This document shows, in pieces, positions 47,706-60,700 of a stretch of DNA of 64,000 nt. The stretch is from Cetorhinus maximus (taxonomy: Eukaryota): positions 144,274,001-144,338,000 of the forward strand of contig NC_135884.1 in assembly GCF_964194155.1 (NCBI RefSeq), given 5' to 3'. The notes beneath the pieces are model-generated. The model did not search any database, was not told where the DNA came from, and worked only from the letters and a program-made list of their open reading frames with translations. Both the position numbers and the translations under genes were made by a program. Positions within the stretch are counted from its first letter, which is position 1; every line of letters starts with the position of its first letter.

Positions 47706-50700
47706 TAGCCTCTCATGTGTGGCAGTCTCTCATGTTAAATGTGGGCTATTACAGTGCTTCAGCGATCTGCCTAGGGGGCTAATGATAAACAGGCCAGGAA
47801 ACATTCTGCTGAAAGGTAGTTCTTTGGGGTAGAAGTTTGTCTTGGGCAGTTGAGCAAAAAAGGCTGATGTACTCCCCGTCCGATCTACAGTTCCCTTGAC
47901 TTCGATATGGACTGTATTGGTCAATGTAATATCACCCAAGGCAAATTCCCCTTTATCTCAGTTCAAAAACCTGAATGTTATAGGATGATCCATTGGGCAG
48001 CCTTGAATGGTAATTTAGGGACTGATGTGAATTATGATTTTTTTTTTAGTGTTTTAATGCAATGACTGATCCATTGGGAGCCAGCAAAAAATAACAGTAG
48101 TGTCTCTGGAACTGGCTGGCAAGTAAGGCTGCAATCTCTGAAGCTTTCCGAATCAGGTCTTGTATAAGTGACATCCACTCTTACAGCTGTTCAGTTTGCT
48201 TTGTTTTAAATGTATAGAAACCTTGCATGCAGTCCCGAGAGGCAGCCCAGAATAAAACTGAGGGAGAGAGTGAGGGGGGAAAAAAATGAAATCATCAGAA
48301 GGTAAAATTGAAGGGAAACATTTGCATACTTCTATCGCAGTATTAATTTAGATTTTGATTTCGGCATGACTATTTCCATTCGTATCTATCTGCCAAGAGC
48401 TTTCAGCCTTGATTTGGTACAGATCTCCATGGAAAAGAAAAGCATCACACGACATCTATTAATCCACAGAAGTTGCGTCTCATAGCAGACCTAAAAACAT
48501 ATGGGAGTTCTCTGAAGCGAGGCAATTCGAAGTTCATTTGTTATTTTTAAGAGCTCATTTTTTATGATTTCAGAGGATCCATGTTATAAATGTGTTACTG
48601 TTTTGAAGTGGTTTGTTGTCATATATTTTTCTTTCACTCCCTGGGCAAGGCGCAAATCTAACATCCCTCAGCGGGAAAGGATGAAGCTCCAACGTTCCTG
48701 ATTTTGTTGTTTGTTTTTATTTCTCTTGTCTCCTCCATCTCCCCTCCTATTCTCTTGTTGGCTGGCTTATGAAATGCCTTTCAGGCAGTAAATCAAACAC
48801 TGTCAACACACAGTCAGTCACTGCGGGCAAAACCATTCAGACTATCCCTACTTTGCAGTCAGGCCTCTAACTTGCCTTTGACACATTTCTGTCTCGGGAG
48901 GTGCGGAGATACTGGAACATCTACGCCACCTGAACAGTTTGCATGCTCATGAACGAGCAACCATACTTGTAAACCACTCCTACTGTTATTCTTTATGACA
49001 GGGTTTCAGTAAGCAGTAAATTGCGTAATTTGTACCAATCTTGTGTTAGATATTGATTTCACTAATTCCCAAGCATTTCAAGATTTTTTTTTAATGCTAA
49101 ATGAATGTAAGTTGATTTTTGACAAATGATTTTCTTGAAAAAATTGCCACCATTTATCATTAAGGAGGAGAACTAAACCCGATTATAAATATTGATCTGG
49201 TCTTCATTTCTTGTGATGTTTTAGTATAATGGGGTGAAGTGCCTTGGAAAATATTTAAAATGCCTGATCCTGAAATGAAAGTGGTCAGAAATGACCTCCA
49301 TCGGTGGTATTTCCTTTTGCATCAGAAATCTGTTACATTTTAGCCTTGGTTTCATCTTGAGAGATTAAAACAAATAAAAACATGAGCAATTGGTTTCAAA
49401 ATGTTGAGCTGGTTTCCTGACAGCTCTGTGAATAAATCCATTACATAGTGCAACACTGAACAATACAGATCAAGTTGGACCCATTTTTGATCTGTGCTGT
49501 CAGATGAGCAATGATCCAGAAGTCGTGCTGAGCTGGCTGGGTGGGGGCTACAGTACTACGTTTAAGTACCTCAGGGTTCAGGGCTGGGGCCATTGCTGCT
49601 TATAATTTACATTTTAATTTACTCCTAGAAAAGAAGCAACTATAATGATCTCTGAGATATACAAGCATGTTAAAGATTTTGGAAAGGCACATCCAGAATA
49701 TTGCTTTAAATTAAACTGTGGGAGTAGAACTAGGACTTGTGTCACAAGATTCCTCATCATACAAAGACTGATCAATGCATGAATGAAACTTCCAGATGTA
49801 GTAATGAATGTCAAAACTCTTAAATTGCTGAATGAAGAATTGGATACCACATGGGGGATGGTTAGGATCTCCTTGGATGGATAAATTAAGATGGGTCTCC
49901 ATATAAAATGATCTTATGAAATGCAGTTGGAATTTGTGCCATAATTAGATCAGGCACTCAAACATAATTCAGTCCTTACAGTAATGTCATGAATACTGTC
50001 CTAATTGTATTCCCATTGTAAATTTCTGTGCCACCGTACTTATAATTGAAAGTCCCCATGTAAACTTTTCATGCTGTAATTTACACCCCTCTGCCACTGT
50101 TAGCACTGCACTGTAGGATTGTTGTGGATGAAGAGAGTAGTTATACCCTGGCATGCTAGACATTGGTAGTCTCTTATGGGCATTGAACTTTATAATGGAA
50201 AAAGTTGACAGGAGATGTGCGCAGATTTAAGTTATTAATGCATCAAAAACGTCACACAATGAACAACATTTCTTCAGAATGGAATAAAGGGATGAATTTG
50301 AAACCACTGTCGCAAGCACACTTTCAAAACAGTGCAAACCCTGTCACTGCCCCCTTTAAAGCTATAAACTAAAGGGAATTTCTGAGATGGCATTGTAACT
50401 ATAACATGGTAGCTTTGGACCTTTGTCTAAACAACTTATTTTTCAACCTTGTAATGTCAAAGATATTTTGCACTTGGACTCGATACGCAGGCTGACTTCT
50501 AATTGTTATCCTGCTTACCTTGGAAGAGGAGGCAAAACTGGACAAGCCTTTCCGCATTGTTAAAGTGTTCTGTGCCAGAGCATGCCTTTTAACAGTTTAA
50601 CTTGAGGATCATGTTTGGCATCGAAGAGGACTGGAGATTGAATTTTCTTATCTACTTTAGGGGATTCAAACGGATGTATGTGATCTCGGAGTTGGCAAGG

Positions 50701-51619
50701 TAAAGATTAAAGAAAATTGGAATTATTTTTTTAAAGTTCTAACACTGCCAATCTATTATTCAAATAGAATAACTCTTGTCATTGCTACTTCTGTTAAAAC
50801 TTAAACTGTTACGGTGTTTCCTGCAAAGTTCTCTTTTTTGACTATATTTCTTCAATATTTCCATGACTTTAATACTGCCCATTCTTCTTCCCAGGTAAGG
50901 GTTAAGATGTAATTTTGGAACAGCATAGAACAGTGAACTTCCAAGCCGAATCTGATTTTGTATGTTAAGTCCATGAAAGGACACATGTGATCAAGACAAA
51001 TACTGACATTCGTGCTCCATGTATTCAGCTATTTGGGAGTGCTAGAAAATACCATCTTGACACACTGTAGTGTACAACATTTACATTGTCATCATAGGCC
51101 AGTGCAAAAGCACTACTTTTTCCTTAGGACAATGAGTTCAGGGGTCCAAGCCTGTCCAGAGTATATTGTTAATAAAACTACAGAACCCCATCCCTTGTAA
51201 TAAATGATTCATAGAGAATCAGAAAGTGTATGGATTTGCTAGTGAAGTAAATATGTCTGGATAAAAATAGAAAGTTATTTAAAGGGTTGATTTTTATTGA
51301 TTTTTCATAATTTTCAATTACAATTCCTCAAAGGACCAAGTAGCACTTATCATGAGTGACCTTGGTAAGGGGGTGAGGGGAGGGGAAAAGAGGCTGTGCT
51401 GTTACATACCGTCAAATTGTGTCTAAAAGAACAGAAGTTCTATAACTTACCCTGCACATCTAACACCACATTTCACCTGTATAAATTGCCTGTGGCATCT
51501 TGTGACTAGGCTGTGACTATTCAGAAAGCATGATGCCGTTGTTTAGGTTCCGTGCAGGTAGATTGAATGAAGCTGATCCATTTATTGCACTGGCTCTCAG
51601 CAGGACAGCTTCAAGAGGA

Positions 51620-52095
51620 AAGAAAGACATGCATTTCTATAGCGCCTTTGATAACCCGAGGGTGTCCCAAAGTGCTTTGCAGCCAATGTGTAGTCATTGT
51701 TATAAGGTAGGAAACAGTGCAGCTAATTTGCACACAGCAAACTCCCACAAACAGCAACATGGTAATGACCAGATAATCTGTTTAATCTGTTCTGTTGAAG
51801 AGTCATACGGACTCGAAACGTTAACTGTATTCCTCTCCGTAGATGCTGTCAGACCTGCTGAGTTTTTTGGATTTCCAGCTTCCACAGTTTTTTGCTTTAA
51901 TCTGTTTTTAGTGATGTCAATTGAGGAATAAATATTCATTGGAACACTGGGGATAACTCCCCTGGTCATCTTCGAAATAGTGCCATGGGATCTTTTATGT
52001 CCACCTGAGAGAGCAGATTGGGCCTTGGTTTAACATCTCATCTTAAAGACAGCACCACTGGCAGTGCAGCACTCCCTTAGTACAACACTGGAGTA
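51620..52095 (-). mobile_element. SacSINE1-like SINE carrying a PLE insertion
   Basis: The SINE consensus ccagataatctgtttttagtgatg is split by the PLE fragment. Confidence 0.88.
51774..51907 (+). mobile_element. Single-arm PLE terminus starting at the hammerhead, 10-bp TSD
   Basis: TSD taatctgttt; the insert reads gtt-CTGTTGA-a-gagtc(atacg)gactc-GAAACGTT-aac followed by the tail. Confidence 0.88.
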
Positions 52096-52099
52096 GGCC

Positions 52100-54830
52100 A
52101 AGCTTCTTGAGCCTTGTTGGAGCTGTACTCAACAAGGCAAGTGGACAGTATTCCAACACATTCCTGACTTGTGGCCTGGCAGTTGGTGGACAGGCCTTGG
52201 GGATCAGCAGGTCAGTTACTTGCTACAGGATTCCTAGCTGCTGATCTGCTCTTATAGCCACAGTATTTATATGGCTAGTCCAGTTCAGTTTCTGGTCAAT
52301 GGTAACCACCAGGATGTTAGTAGTGAGAGATTCAGTGATGGTAATGCCATTGAATGTTAAGGGATGATGGTTAGATTCTCTCTTGTTGGAGATGGTCATT
52401 GCCTGACATTTGTATGACACGAATGTTACTTGCCACTTGTCAGCCCAACCTGGACATTGTCCAGGTCATACTGCATTTGGATATGGACTGCTTCAGCATC
52501 TGAGGAGTCGTGAATGGTGCTGAACATTGTGTAATCATCAGCAAACGTCTCCACTTCTGAACTTATGATGGGAGGAAGGTCGTTGACGAAGCAACTGAAG
52601 ATGGCTGGTCCAAGGACACTACCCTGAGGAACTCCTGCAGTGATGTTCTGGAATTGAGATGATTGACCTCTGACAGCCAGAACCATCTTCCTTTGTGCTA
52701 GGTGACTCCAACCAGTGGAACGTTTTCCCCCTGATTCCCATTGCTAGGGCTCCTTGATACCATACTCGGTCAAATGCTGCATTGATGTCAAGGGCAGTAC
52801 TTTCACCTCACCACTGGAGTTCAGCTCTTTTGTCTATGTTTGAACTAAGGCTGTAATGAGGTCAGGAGCTGAGTGACCCTGGCAGAACTAAAACTGAGTG
52901 TCAGTGAGCAGGTTATTGCTAAGCAAGTACTGCTTCATAGCACTGTTGATGACCCCTTCCATCACTTTACTGATGATCGAGAGTAGACTGATGGAGCGGT
53001 AATTGGCCGGGTTGGATCTGTGCTGCGTTTTATGTACATGACATATCTGGGCAATTTTCCATATTGCCAGGTAGATGCCAGTATATGTAGCTGTACTGGA
53101 ACAGTTTGGCTAAGGGCAAGGCAAGTTCTGGAGCACAAGTCTTCAGTACTATTGCTGGAATATTGTAAGGGCTCATAGCTTTTGCTGTATCCAGTGCCTT
53201 CAGCCATTTCTTAATGTCACATGGTGTGAATCGAATTGGCTGAAGACTGGCATCTCTGATGCTGGGGAACCCCGGAGGAGGCCGAGATGGATCATTCACT
53301 TGGCTGAAGATTGTAGCAAATGCTTCAGCCTTATCTTTTGCACTGATATGCTGGGCTCTCCCATCATTGAGGATGTGGATATTGGTGGAGCCTCCTCCTC
53401 CAGGGAGGTGTTTATTTGTCCACCATCATTCACGACTGGATGCGGCAGGACTGCATAGCTTAACTCTGATCCGTTGTATGTGGGGTCGTTTTGTTCTGTC
53501 TATCACATGCTGCCTACACTGTTTGACATGCAAGTAGTCCTGTGATGTGGTTTCACCAGGTTGAGACAATTTTTAGTGTGCCTGGTGCTGCTCCTGATAT
53601 GCTGTCCTGCCTTCTTCATTGAACCAGGGTTGATCCTCTGGCTTGATGGTAATGGCAGAGTGGGGAGGTATGCCAGGCCATGAGGTTACAGATTGTGGTT
53701 GTATACCATTCTGTTGCTGCTGATGGCCCACAGTGCCTCTTGGATGCCCAGTCTTCAGTTGCTAGATCTGTTTGAAATTTATCCTATTTAGCATGGAGGT
53801 AGTGCCATACAATATGATGGAGGGTATCCTCAATGTGAAGATGGGACTTTGTCTCCACAAGGACTGTGCAGTGGTCACTCCTACCAATACTGTCATGGAC
53901 AGATGCATCTGCGGCAGGCAGGTTGGTGAGGATGAGGTCAAGTATGTTTTTCCCTCTTGTTGGTTCACTCACCCAGTCTAGTAGCTATGCACTTTAGGAC
54001 TTGGCCAGCTCTGTCAGTAGTGGTGCTTCCGAGCCACTCTTGGAATGGACATTTAAGCCCCCGCACCGAGTACATTCTGCGCCCTTGCCACCCTCAGTGC
54101 TTCCTCCAAGTGGTGTTCAACATGAAGGAGCACTGATTCATCAGCTGAAGGGGTGTGGGACATGAAAATCAGCAGGAGGCCTGATGCCATGAGACTTCAT
54201 GGGGCCCAGAGTCAATGTTGAGGACACCCAGGGCAACTCCATCATGACATTTTACCACTGTGCCAGCACCTCTGCTGGGTCTGTCCTGCCGATGAGGCAG
54301 AACGTACCCAAGGATGGTGATGTGTGGGACATCATCTGTAAGGTACAGTTCCGTGAGTATGACTATGTCAGGATATTGCTTGACTAGTCTGTGAGACAAC
54401 TCTCCCAATTTTGGCACAAGCCCCCAGATGTTAGCAAGGAAGACTTTGCATGATCGACAGGGCTGAGTTTGCCATTGTCGTTTCTGGTGTCTAGGTCAAT
54501 GCCGGGTGCTCCGTCCGGTTTCATTCCTTATAGACTTTCTAGCAATTGTGATACAACTGATGGCTTTTAGGCCATTTCAGAGGGCAGTTAAGAGTCAACC
54601 ACATTGCTGTGGATCTGGAGTCACATGTAGGCCAGATCAGGTAAGAACGGCAGACTTTCCTTCCCAAAAGGACATTGGGGAACCAGATGGGTTTTTACGA
54701 CCATTGACCATGGTTTCGTGGCCATCATTAGACTTTTAATTCCAGATTTTTAAAAAAAATTCAAATTCCACCATCTACCGAATCCCTCTGTCTCGGGACT
54801 ACTAGTCCTGTGACGGTATCACAATGCCAC
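52100..54830 (-). mobile_element. LINE family B, near full length (5' UTR, APE, RT), decayed, 3' end missing
   Basis: APE: PDIVILTELYL, PTRGKNILDLILTN, IGRSDH. RT: LKTCAPELALPLAKLF, AGVPQGSVLGP, FADDY. Multiple frameshifts. Confidence 0.92.
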
Positions 54831-55924
54831 TGCCACCCAAGTACTCAAGTACTCAACCTGACAGTGCCAAAGTAGCCTGGTTAGAATGCCCACCCCAGTT
54901 CAGTGGGACTTCGTCCCAGTTGTTTTGGACCTCCTAGTCCTTACCCTCACTCCCCAACCCACCCCTCACGGCCCTCATACCATCCAAGAAAACTCAATGC
55001 TAACTTATGCCCCTGCATCCACCCACTCTCCCTCCCAACCCATGGCCTCTCAAACCCTCCATGTCAATTCCATAGCCATTCACCCAGTCTCCAAAATGGT
55101 CACCATTGAGATGAAAAAAAATTCTAGCAATCTAATACAGCTCTCACTGCTACACACTTGATAATGAAAAACAATGGCAATTCATAAGGCCCATTCAAAG
55201 CTTCAACATTTCAGTGGTTAATTGCTTATATATAAAAAAACACACTTCTATTCAGACCCCACATCAAGACAGCTAGCTCTTTAATAGGCTCTTTAAACTG
55301 TCAGCCAAACTGTGAATTCACAACCCCCACTGAGTTAATTGTAGCTTTTGAAACTCAGCCAAGCATGCATAATGACATAATGATTAGCCCTTGGGAAGTG
55401 TCAACCAAGAACTCTATTAAAACTGCAAAAACAGATGCTACTTTTTTTCCAAACTGTGCATGTCAATCAAAACAGCCCAGCAGAGGTTTTTTTTAACTCT
55501 GACTGACAGCTGCAGGCTGTGTGTTTTTAAAATTTAACAGGGGACTTAAAATAAAACTCTAGCTCAGTTCTCCAGACTTTATTTGCCCTTCAAGAGCGTT
55601 TACGCCTACTCCATCAAGTTGTGACTCCCACACTATCGGTTAATGTCCTTGCAACAGCCAAAATTTTGTCTGTTTTAACTTATCTCTGAATTCAATAGCT
55701 CTTTTCAGTTTGGGTTTCCCTCCTGTGTGATTCACAGTTCGCCCCCTTTCCCCTACTGGCAAAAATTGGATCTATCAGAAGTGAGAGTGGGACTTCCACA
55801 CGTGAGTCCAGTCGGCCAATTTTAAAGGTCCACAGAGTCTTTCAAACTCCACGAAAATCTGGGCCTTGTTTTTTTGCTGGTATAAGGACCCTGGGCCTGA
55901 AATTTGTACTGAAATACTTTAATA

Positions 55925-56082
55925 CATTCCTTAAAACCTACCTCTATAAACAAGCTTTTGGACATTTGATGTAATATCTCCTTATGGGCTTGGTGTAATA
56001 GTTTGTTTTATAATGCCCCTCTGAAGCTCATTGGGATCTTTTATTGCATTAAAGGTGTTATATAAATATGTTGTTGTTGTTG
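55925..56082 (+). mobile_element. L2-type LINE 3' tail
   Basis: ccttaaaacctacctct...aagcttttgg...taaaggtgttatataaat..gttgttgttg. Confidence 0.75.
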
Positions 56083-56207
56083 AAATGGTCTTTGAACAAT
56101 TTTAATTGTCAGACCATATGGTGTGTGTTCCCTGCAGAGAAAATATGCTCGATGTGGGTTCCAAATTTTATACTCATTACAAAGATCCTGAATTTACACA
56201 ACAAAAC

Positions 56208-56514
56208 AGAGATTTCATAAAAGCAAAATACTGCAGATGCTGGAAGTCTGATAGAAAAACAGAAAATGCTGGAAAAACTCAGCAGGCCTGACGGCATCCG
56301 TGGAGAGAAAAACAGAGTTGACGTTTCGAGTCCGTATGACCCTGCTTCAGAGCAGGATCATATGGACTCAAAGAAGCTCTGAAGAAGCTTTCATAGAGCT
56401 CTGAAGAAGAGTCATATGGACTCAAAATGTCAACCCAGTTTTTCTCTCCACAGTTGCTGACAGATCTGCTGAGTTTTTCCAGCATTTTCTGTTTTTATCT
56501 CGGAGAGATTTTAT
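56208..56514. mobile_element. PLE terminal mini-palindrome with a hammerhead-fragment cluster at the centre, 11-bp TSD
   Basis: TSD agagatttcat / agagattttat; minus HHR at ~56317-56352, partial repeats 56353-56395, plus HHR at ~56397-56435. Confidence 0.88.
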
Positions 56515-57629
56515 GGGTTTCTTCAGTCCCTCCGTACCAAATTACAAGGAACTGTTGGTCCGCACTTTTCTATTAGAAGTGGTGTTCTCAATTATTCTCC
56601 AAGAAGATAATGCAGGTATGCAAATGGGTTGAACTTGATAACCTGATAAAGTGGTACAATCTCACCCTACCTCAACAAGCTCGGGTTGAAGCAGCTGTCT
56701 ACTCAATCTCAGGATCACACCACTACCCCCGTTGCCAGTGAGTACAGCTGTATTGTACCCAGCCCCAAACATCAAAGGAGCAAGACAACTGCAGAAAAAT
56801 GCGCTTGCCTGTAAAACATGCACCGCTAAAATTACCTTCAGCTCATTAATGTTACAGGAAATACAAAAATGCTTGTACTTTGTGTCCCAAATTCATTTTT
56901 TAGCAGCCTCCAGATTGTAGAGTTGCATGTCTCAAACTACTTCTGTTTGCATTAAGGAATAACATATCAACAAGATAGAAGTGGTGAAGGTTTGATTGAT
57001 ACCTCATGTGCTCAACAGCAGAAGCAATCTGACAGCAAAAAGCAATGTTGCAACTCAGCTATTTCCCTTATTTTGTAACCTTTTGACGGCCAACCACTTC
57101 AGAATAAATCCACATTAACGGTCTCAGGCAAACCACTTGGGTGGAATTTACAAATCTGCACAGAAACACACGTTGGCATCATGGGGCTGCTCCATGCATT
57201 AGTCGAGCCTTTTGTTTGTCTGACAGCTTGGCAGAAGCAAAGCTTTACACGATCTCTACATTGTCATGTCAGACCTCAAAATTTCCCATTTCCTCGGCTG
57301 AAGTATTTGACTGTTGGCCCAGAGCCAAGATCTGTATGTTTGTTGTAAAGCTAAAGCTCTCTGCCAAAAATGTGAATCTCATCCCTTCCATTGCCCATGA
57401 CAAGAATTTCATGGTGCGCGGCAAGTGGACGGTGGCCCAAATTAAAGTGGTCCGCTCAAAACTTTATCTCCCTTTTAGACTCCTGTTATTACTTCTACAT
57501 TAAGACTCAAAGACTGTTCAGGCCACTTCGTCTGTTTCTTCTGAATATTAAGAGCATAAAGAAAAACTGTGAACCGTATTACACATGAAACACCACTCCC
57601 GAAGGCAGGTTTTGAAACCCGAGGAAAGA

Positions 57630-57995
57630 AAAGGAATTGCATTTATGCAGTACCTTTCATAATTGCAGGAGCTCCAAAAGTGCCTTACAACCAATGAAGT
57701 ACTTTTGAAATGCAGTCACTGTTGGAATGTAGGAAACACATTAGCCTATTTGCACTCAGTATGATCCCACAAACAGCAATGAGATAATGACCAAATGATC
57801 TGTTTTTAGTGATATTGGTTGAGAGGTGAACATTGGCACGGACACTGGGGAGAACTGCACTGCTCTTTCTTAAAATAGTGCCATGGGATCTTATACATCC
57901 ACTTGAGAACGCATATGGAACCCTGGTTTATCATCTCACCTGAAAGACAGCTCTGACAGTGCAGCATTCCCTTCAAACTGCAGTTGGGATGTCAT
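57630..57995 (-). mobile_element. SacSINE1-like SINE
   Basis: ttgcatttatgcag...ccaatgaagtacttttgaa...gtgccatgggatc. Confidence 0.88.
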
Positions 57996-58309
57996 TGAAA
58001 CTACTAACTGTAGCTGAGATGAACTTTTAATATTATTGCTAGGCTATAAATGGCACACAGCTCCATGTATTGTAGTAACTGTGCGTGGTGGGATGGAATT
58101 TGGGTTTATACCTACTGTGGTGTTGAATTGTTCTGTTTGATTATATGAGTCTGTTTATTATTCATGCTCACTTTGCTTGATTAGTTAAGCCTGGGTGTGG
58201 ACTCAGAGAGAAGTAAACAAACTAGAAGTTGCTGAAAGCAAAGAACTATAAGCATGGAGCAGACATTTTTAAAAAAAAAACTCTTATAAGTAAAGTTCCT
58301 ACGCGCATG

Positions 58310-58850
58310 TAAACTGGTGAGTTTTGGTCTCCTTATTTGAAAAAGGATATAATTTTATTGGAAGCAGTTCAACGAAGGTTCACTCGACTCATTCCTGGGA
58401 TCACGGACTTATCTTATGAGGAAAGGTTGAACAGGCTGGGCCTCTACCCATTGGAGTTTTGAAGAATGAGAGGTGATCTTACTGAAATATAGAAGATCCT
58501 GAGGGGACTCAACAGGGTGGATGCTGAGAGGATGTTTCCTCTTGTGGGGGAAACTAGAACTAGGAGACACAGTTTAAAAATAATGGGTCTCCCTTTTAAG
58601 ATTTTTTTTCTCCCAGAAGGCCGTTAGTCCATGGAATTCTTTCCCCCTGAAAGCAGTGAAGGCTGAGTTGTTGAATTTTCCCAAGGCTGAATTAGATAGA
58701 ATTTTGGTAGACAAGAGTTTCAAGGGTAATGGGGGGCAGACGGGAAAGTGGAGTTGAGACCACAACCAGATCTTTTCAAATTGTGGAGCACGCTCAAAGG
58801 GCTTAAGAGCCTATTCCTGCTCCTAAGTTCCTGTGTCACATGTTCCTGTG
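58310..58850 (+). mobile_element. CR1 LINE 3' fragment
   Basis: WSPYLKKDIILLEAVQRRFTRLIPG..GLSYEERLNRLGLYPLEF, then 3' UTR. Confidence 0.9.
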
Positions 58851-58984
58851 TCATCTCTGCATTGCCCCGAGACATAAAACATACAATGCATCCATGCCAA
58901 TGTTCTGTGTCACAATTGAGTTGTTGTAGGGTGGCACCAATGAGGACGTTCGATCCTGTGGTGGAGCAAGAGGGTGTTGGGCCC

Positions 58985-59610
58985 TCGCTTGCCATTTTAA
59001 CACTCCACCCTGTTCTCTTGCCCACATGTCTGTCCTTGGCTTGCTGCATTGTTCCAGTGAAGCCCAGCGCAAACTGGAGGAACAGCACCTCATCTTCCGA
59101 CTAGGCACTTTACAGCCTTCTGGGCTGAATATTGAATTCAACAACTTTAGATCTTAAACTCCCCCTCCCCCCATCCCCACCCCGTTTCTTTCCCCCCCCC
59201 ACCCGCCTTTTTTTTCAATAATCTATATAGATTCTTCTTTCCCCACCTATTTCCATTATTTTTAAATCTAAAACTAAAACCTTTAGTCTTTCCACCCCAC
59301 CCCCACTAGAGCTGTACTTTGAATATCCTGTCTTGCATTCTTAATTAGCACTTTTCTCAGACAAAGACCACCACCTTCAACACCTCTTTGACCCTTTTGT
59401 CTCTGACATCTTTTGATTATCTGCTCACACCACACCCTCAATGTGTCTCTTCCCCCCCACCCACCTTAAACCAATTTATATTTCTCCCTTGTTGAAACTA
59501 TGCTTCAGTTCTGCTGAAGGGCCATGAGGGCTCGAAACGTTGACTGATTTCTTCTCCGCCGATGCTGCCAGACTTGCTGAGTTTTTCCAGGTAATTCTGT
59601 TTTTATTTTG
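58985..59610 (+). mobile_element. PLE 3' fragment (GIY-YIG C-terminus, UTR, hammerhead), same family as 1-970
   Basis: ACHFNTPPCSLAHMSVLGLLHCSSEAQRKLEEQHLIFRLGTLQPSGLNIEFNNFRS*; the UTR is colinear with 460-970. Confidence 0.9.
59505..59547 (+). ncRNA. Minimal type I hammerhead, A6C core variant
   Basis: tcagtt-CTGCTGA-a-gggcc(atgag)ggctc-GAAACGTT-gactga: 6-bp stem I; stem II pairing retained with a different sequence. Confidence 0.78.
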
Positions 59611-60361
59611 TTATGTTAGATAAGCCCATGTTTTAATCGCCTGTCTTCAAAATACAGTGACATTTTTTTTTAAATCTCTTTTTTTATAATGCATAGTGGA
59701 CAGCATTTCCCCCACAAATACCAGAGGATTAGACCTGATCTGAAAGTATTTATTTAAATTGTTTGGCATTTTTAATTTCTAATCACATAATAGAAATACT
59801 CGCTTATCAGACATCCACTTAAATAGAGTTGAGAGCAATTCAAATTTGAAATCTACTGCTCTGAGTGCAAGTGGCAAATACATTTGCAGGATCTTTTAAC
59901 AAAATCCAATTGGAAAGCTTTATCACATGGAATTTGTTACGATATGCAAATGTACTAAGTTATTAATTACTGCAAATATAACCTTGATCTGCCCCAGAAA
60001 TTTTGATGTAAGTCAGCTTGGTATTTAAGTCCTTCATGTAGATTGCTATAATGTATGCAGAAAATGAGGGAATTACTGAGGTCTAGAATTGTTTGAATAG
60101 TCATTTCACGACATGAAGAACTCAACTCCCTGAAGAAGGTTTTGTCACCAGGATCCCAGTTGTTTTGGAAAAGAAAATCAAACCTTTTCAGAAACCACAG
60201 CAAACTTTTCTATTTCTGTTATTTTCTTGGATTATTTCTCTTTTTTTAATAACGATTATCCTGGTGAGACCACCCAAGGATCATTTCTCTTGCAGAGCTG
60301 CCAAGAGACTAATCTATAAACCATGCTGCTCTTGCGAAAAAAGTTGAGCCTTTTTTTAATG

Positions 60362-60700
60362 CAGCCCAGAAGAAGGCCATTCAGCCCTTCGTCCCAGTTC
60401 CAGCTCTTTGAACGAACGTTCTAATTAGTCCTACTTCCTGTTCTGTCCTGGTAGCCCTTCAATTTTTTGAAGTATTTATCCAATTTCCTTTAACAAGTTA
60501 CTGTTGAATCTGCTTCCGCCATCCTTTCAGAAATGCATCTGAGATCACAACACCTTGCTGTGTTTAAGAAAAATCCCGATTTGCTTCTCGTTCTTTGGTC
60601 TATCACTTTAAATCTGTATCCTCTGGTTACCATCCCTCCTGCCACTGGAAACAGTTTCTCCTTATTTACTGTATCAAAGCCATTAATGTTTTAAACACCT
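60362..60700 (-). mobile_element. CR1 3' fragment
   Basis: gaaggccattcagccc...gaatctgcttcc..ca.cctttcag...ggaaacagtttctcctt, homologous to 12330-12690. Confidence 0.8.

Noticed and set aside
50520-50630. Minus-strand exon with strong donor (CAAG|gtaagc)
   Set aside because: Stops in all three frames and a weak acceptor; no support as a coding exon.
54840-55865. Another Harbinger-type element ending gaaaatctgggcc
   Set aside because: Only one terminus is identifiable, so boundaries cannot be supported.
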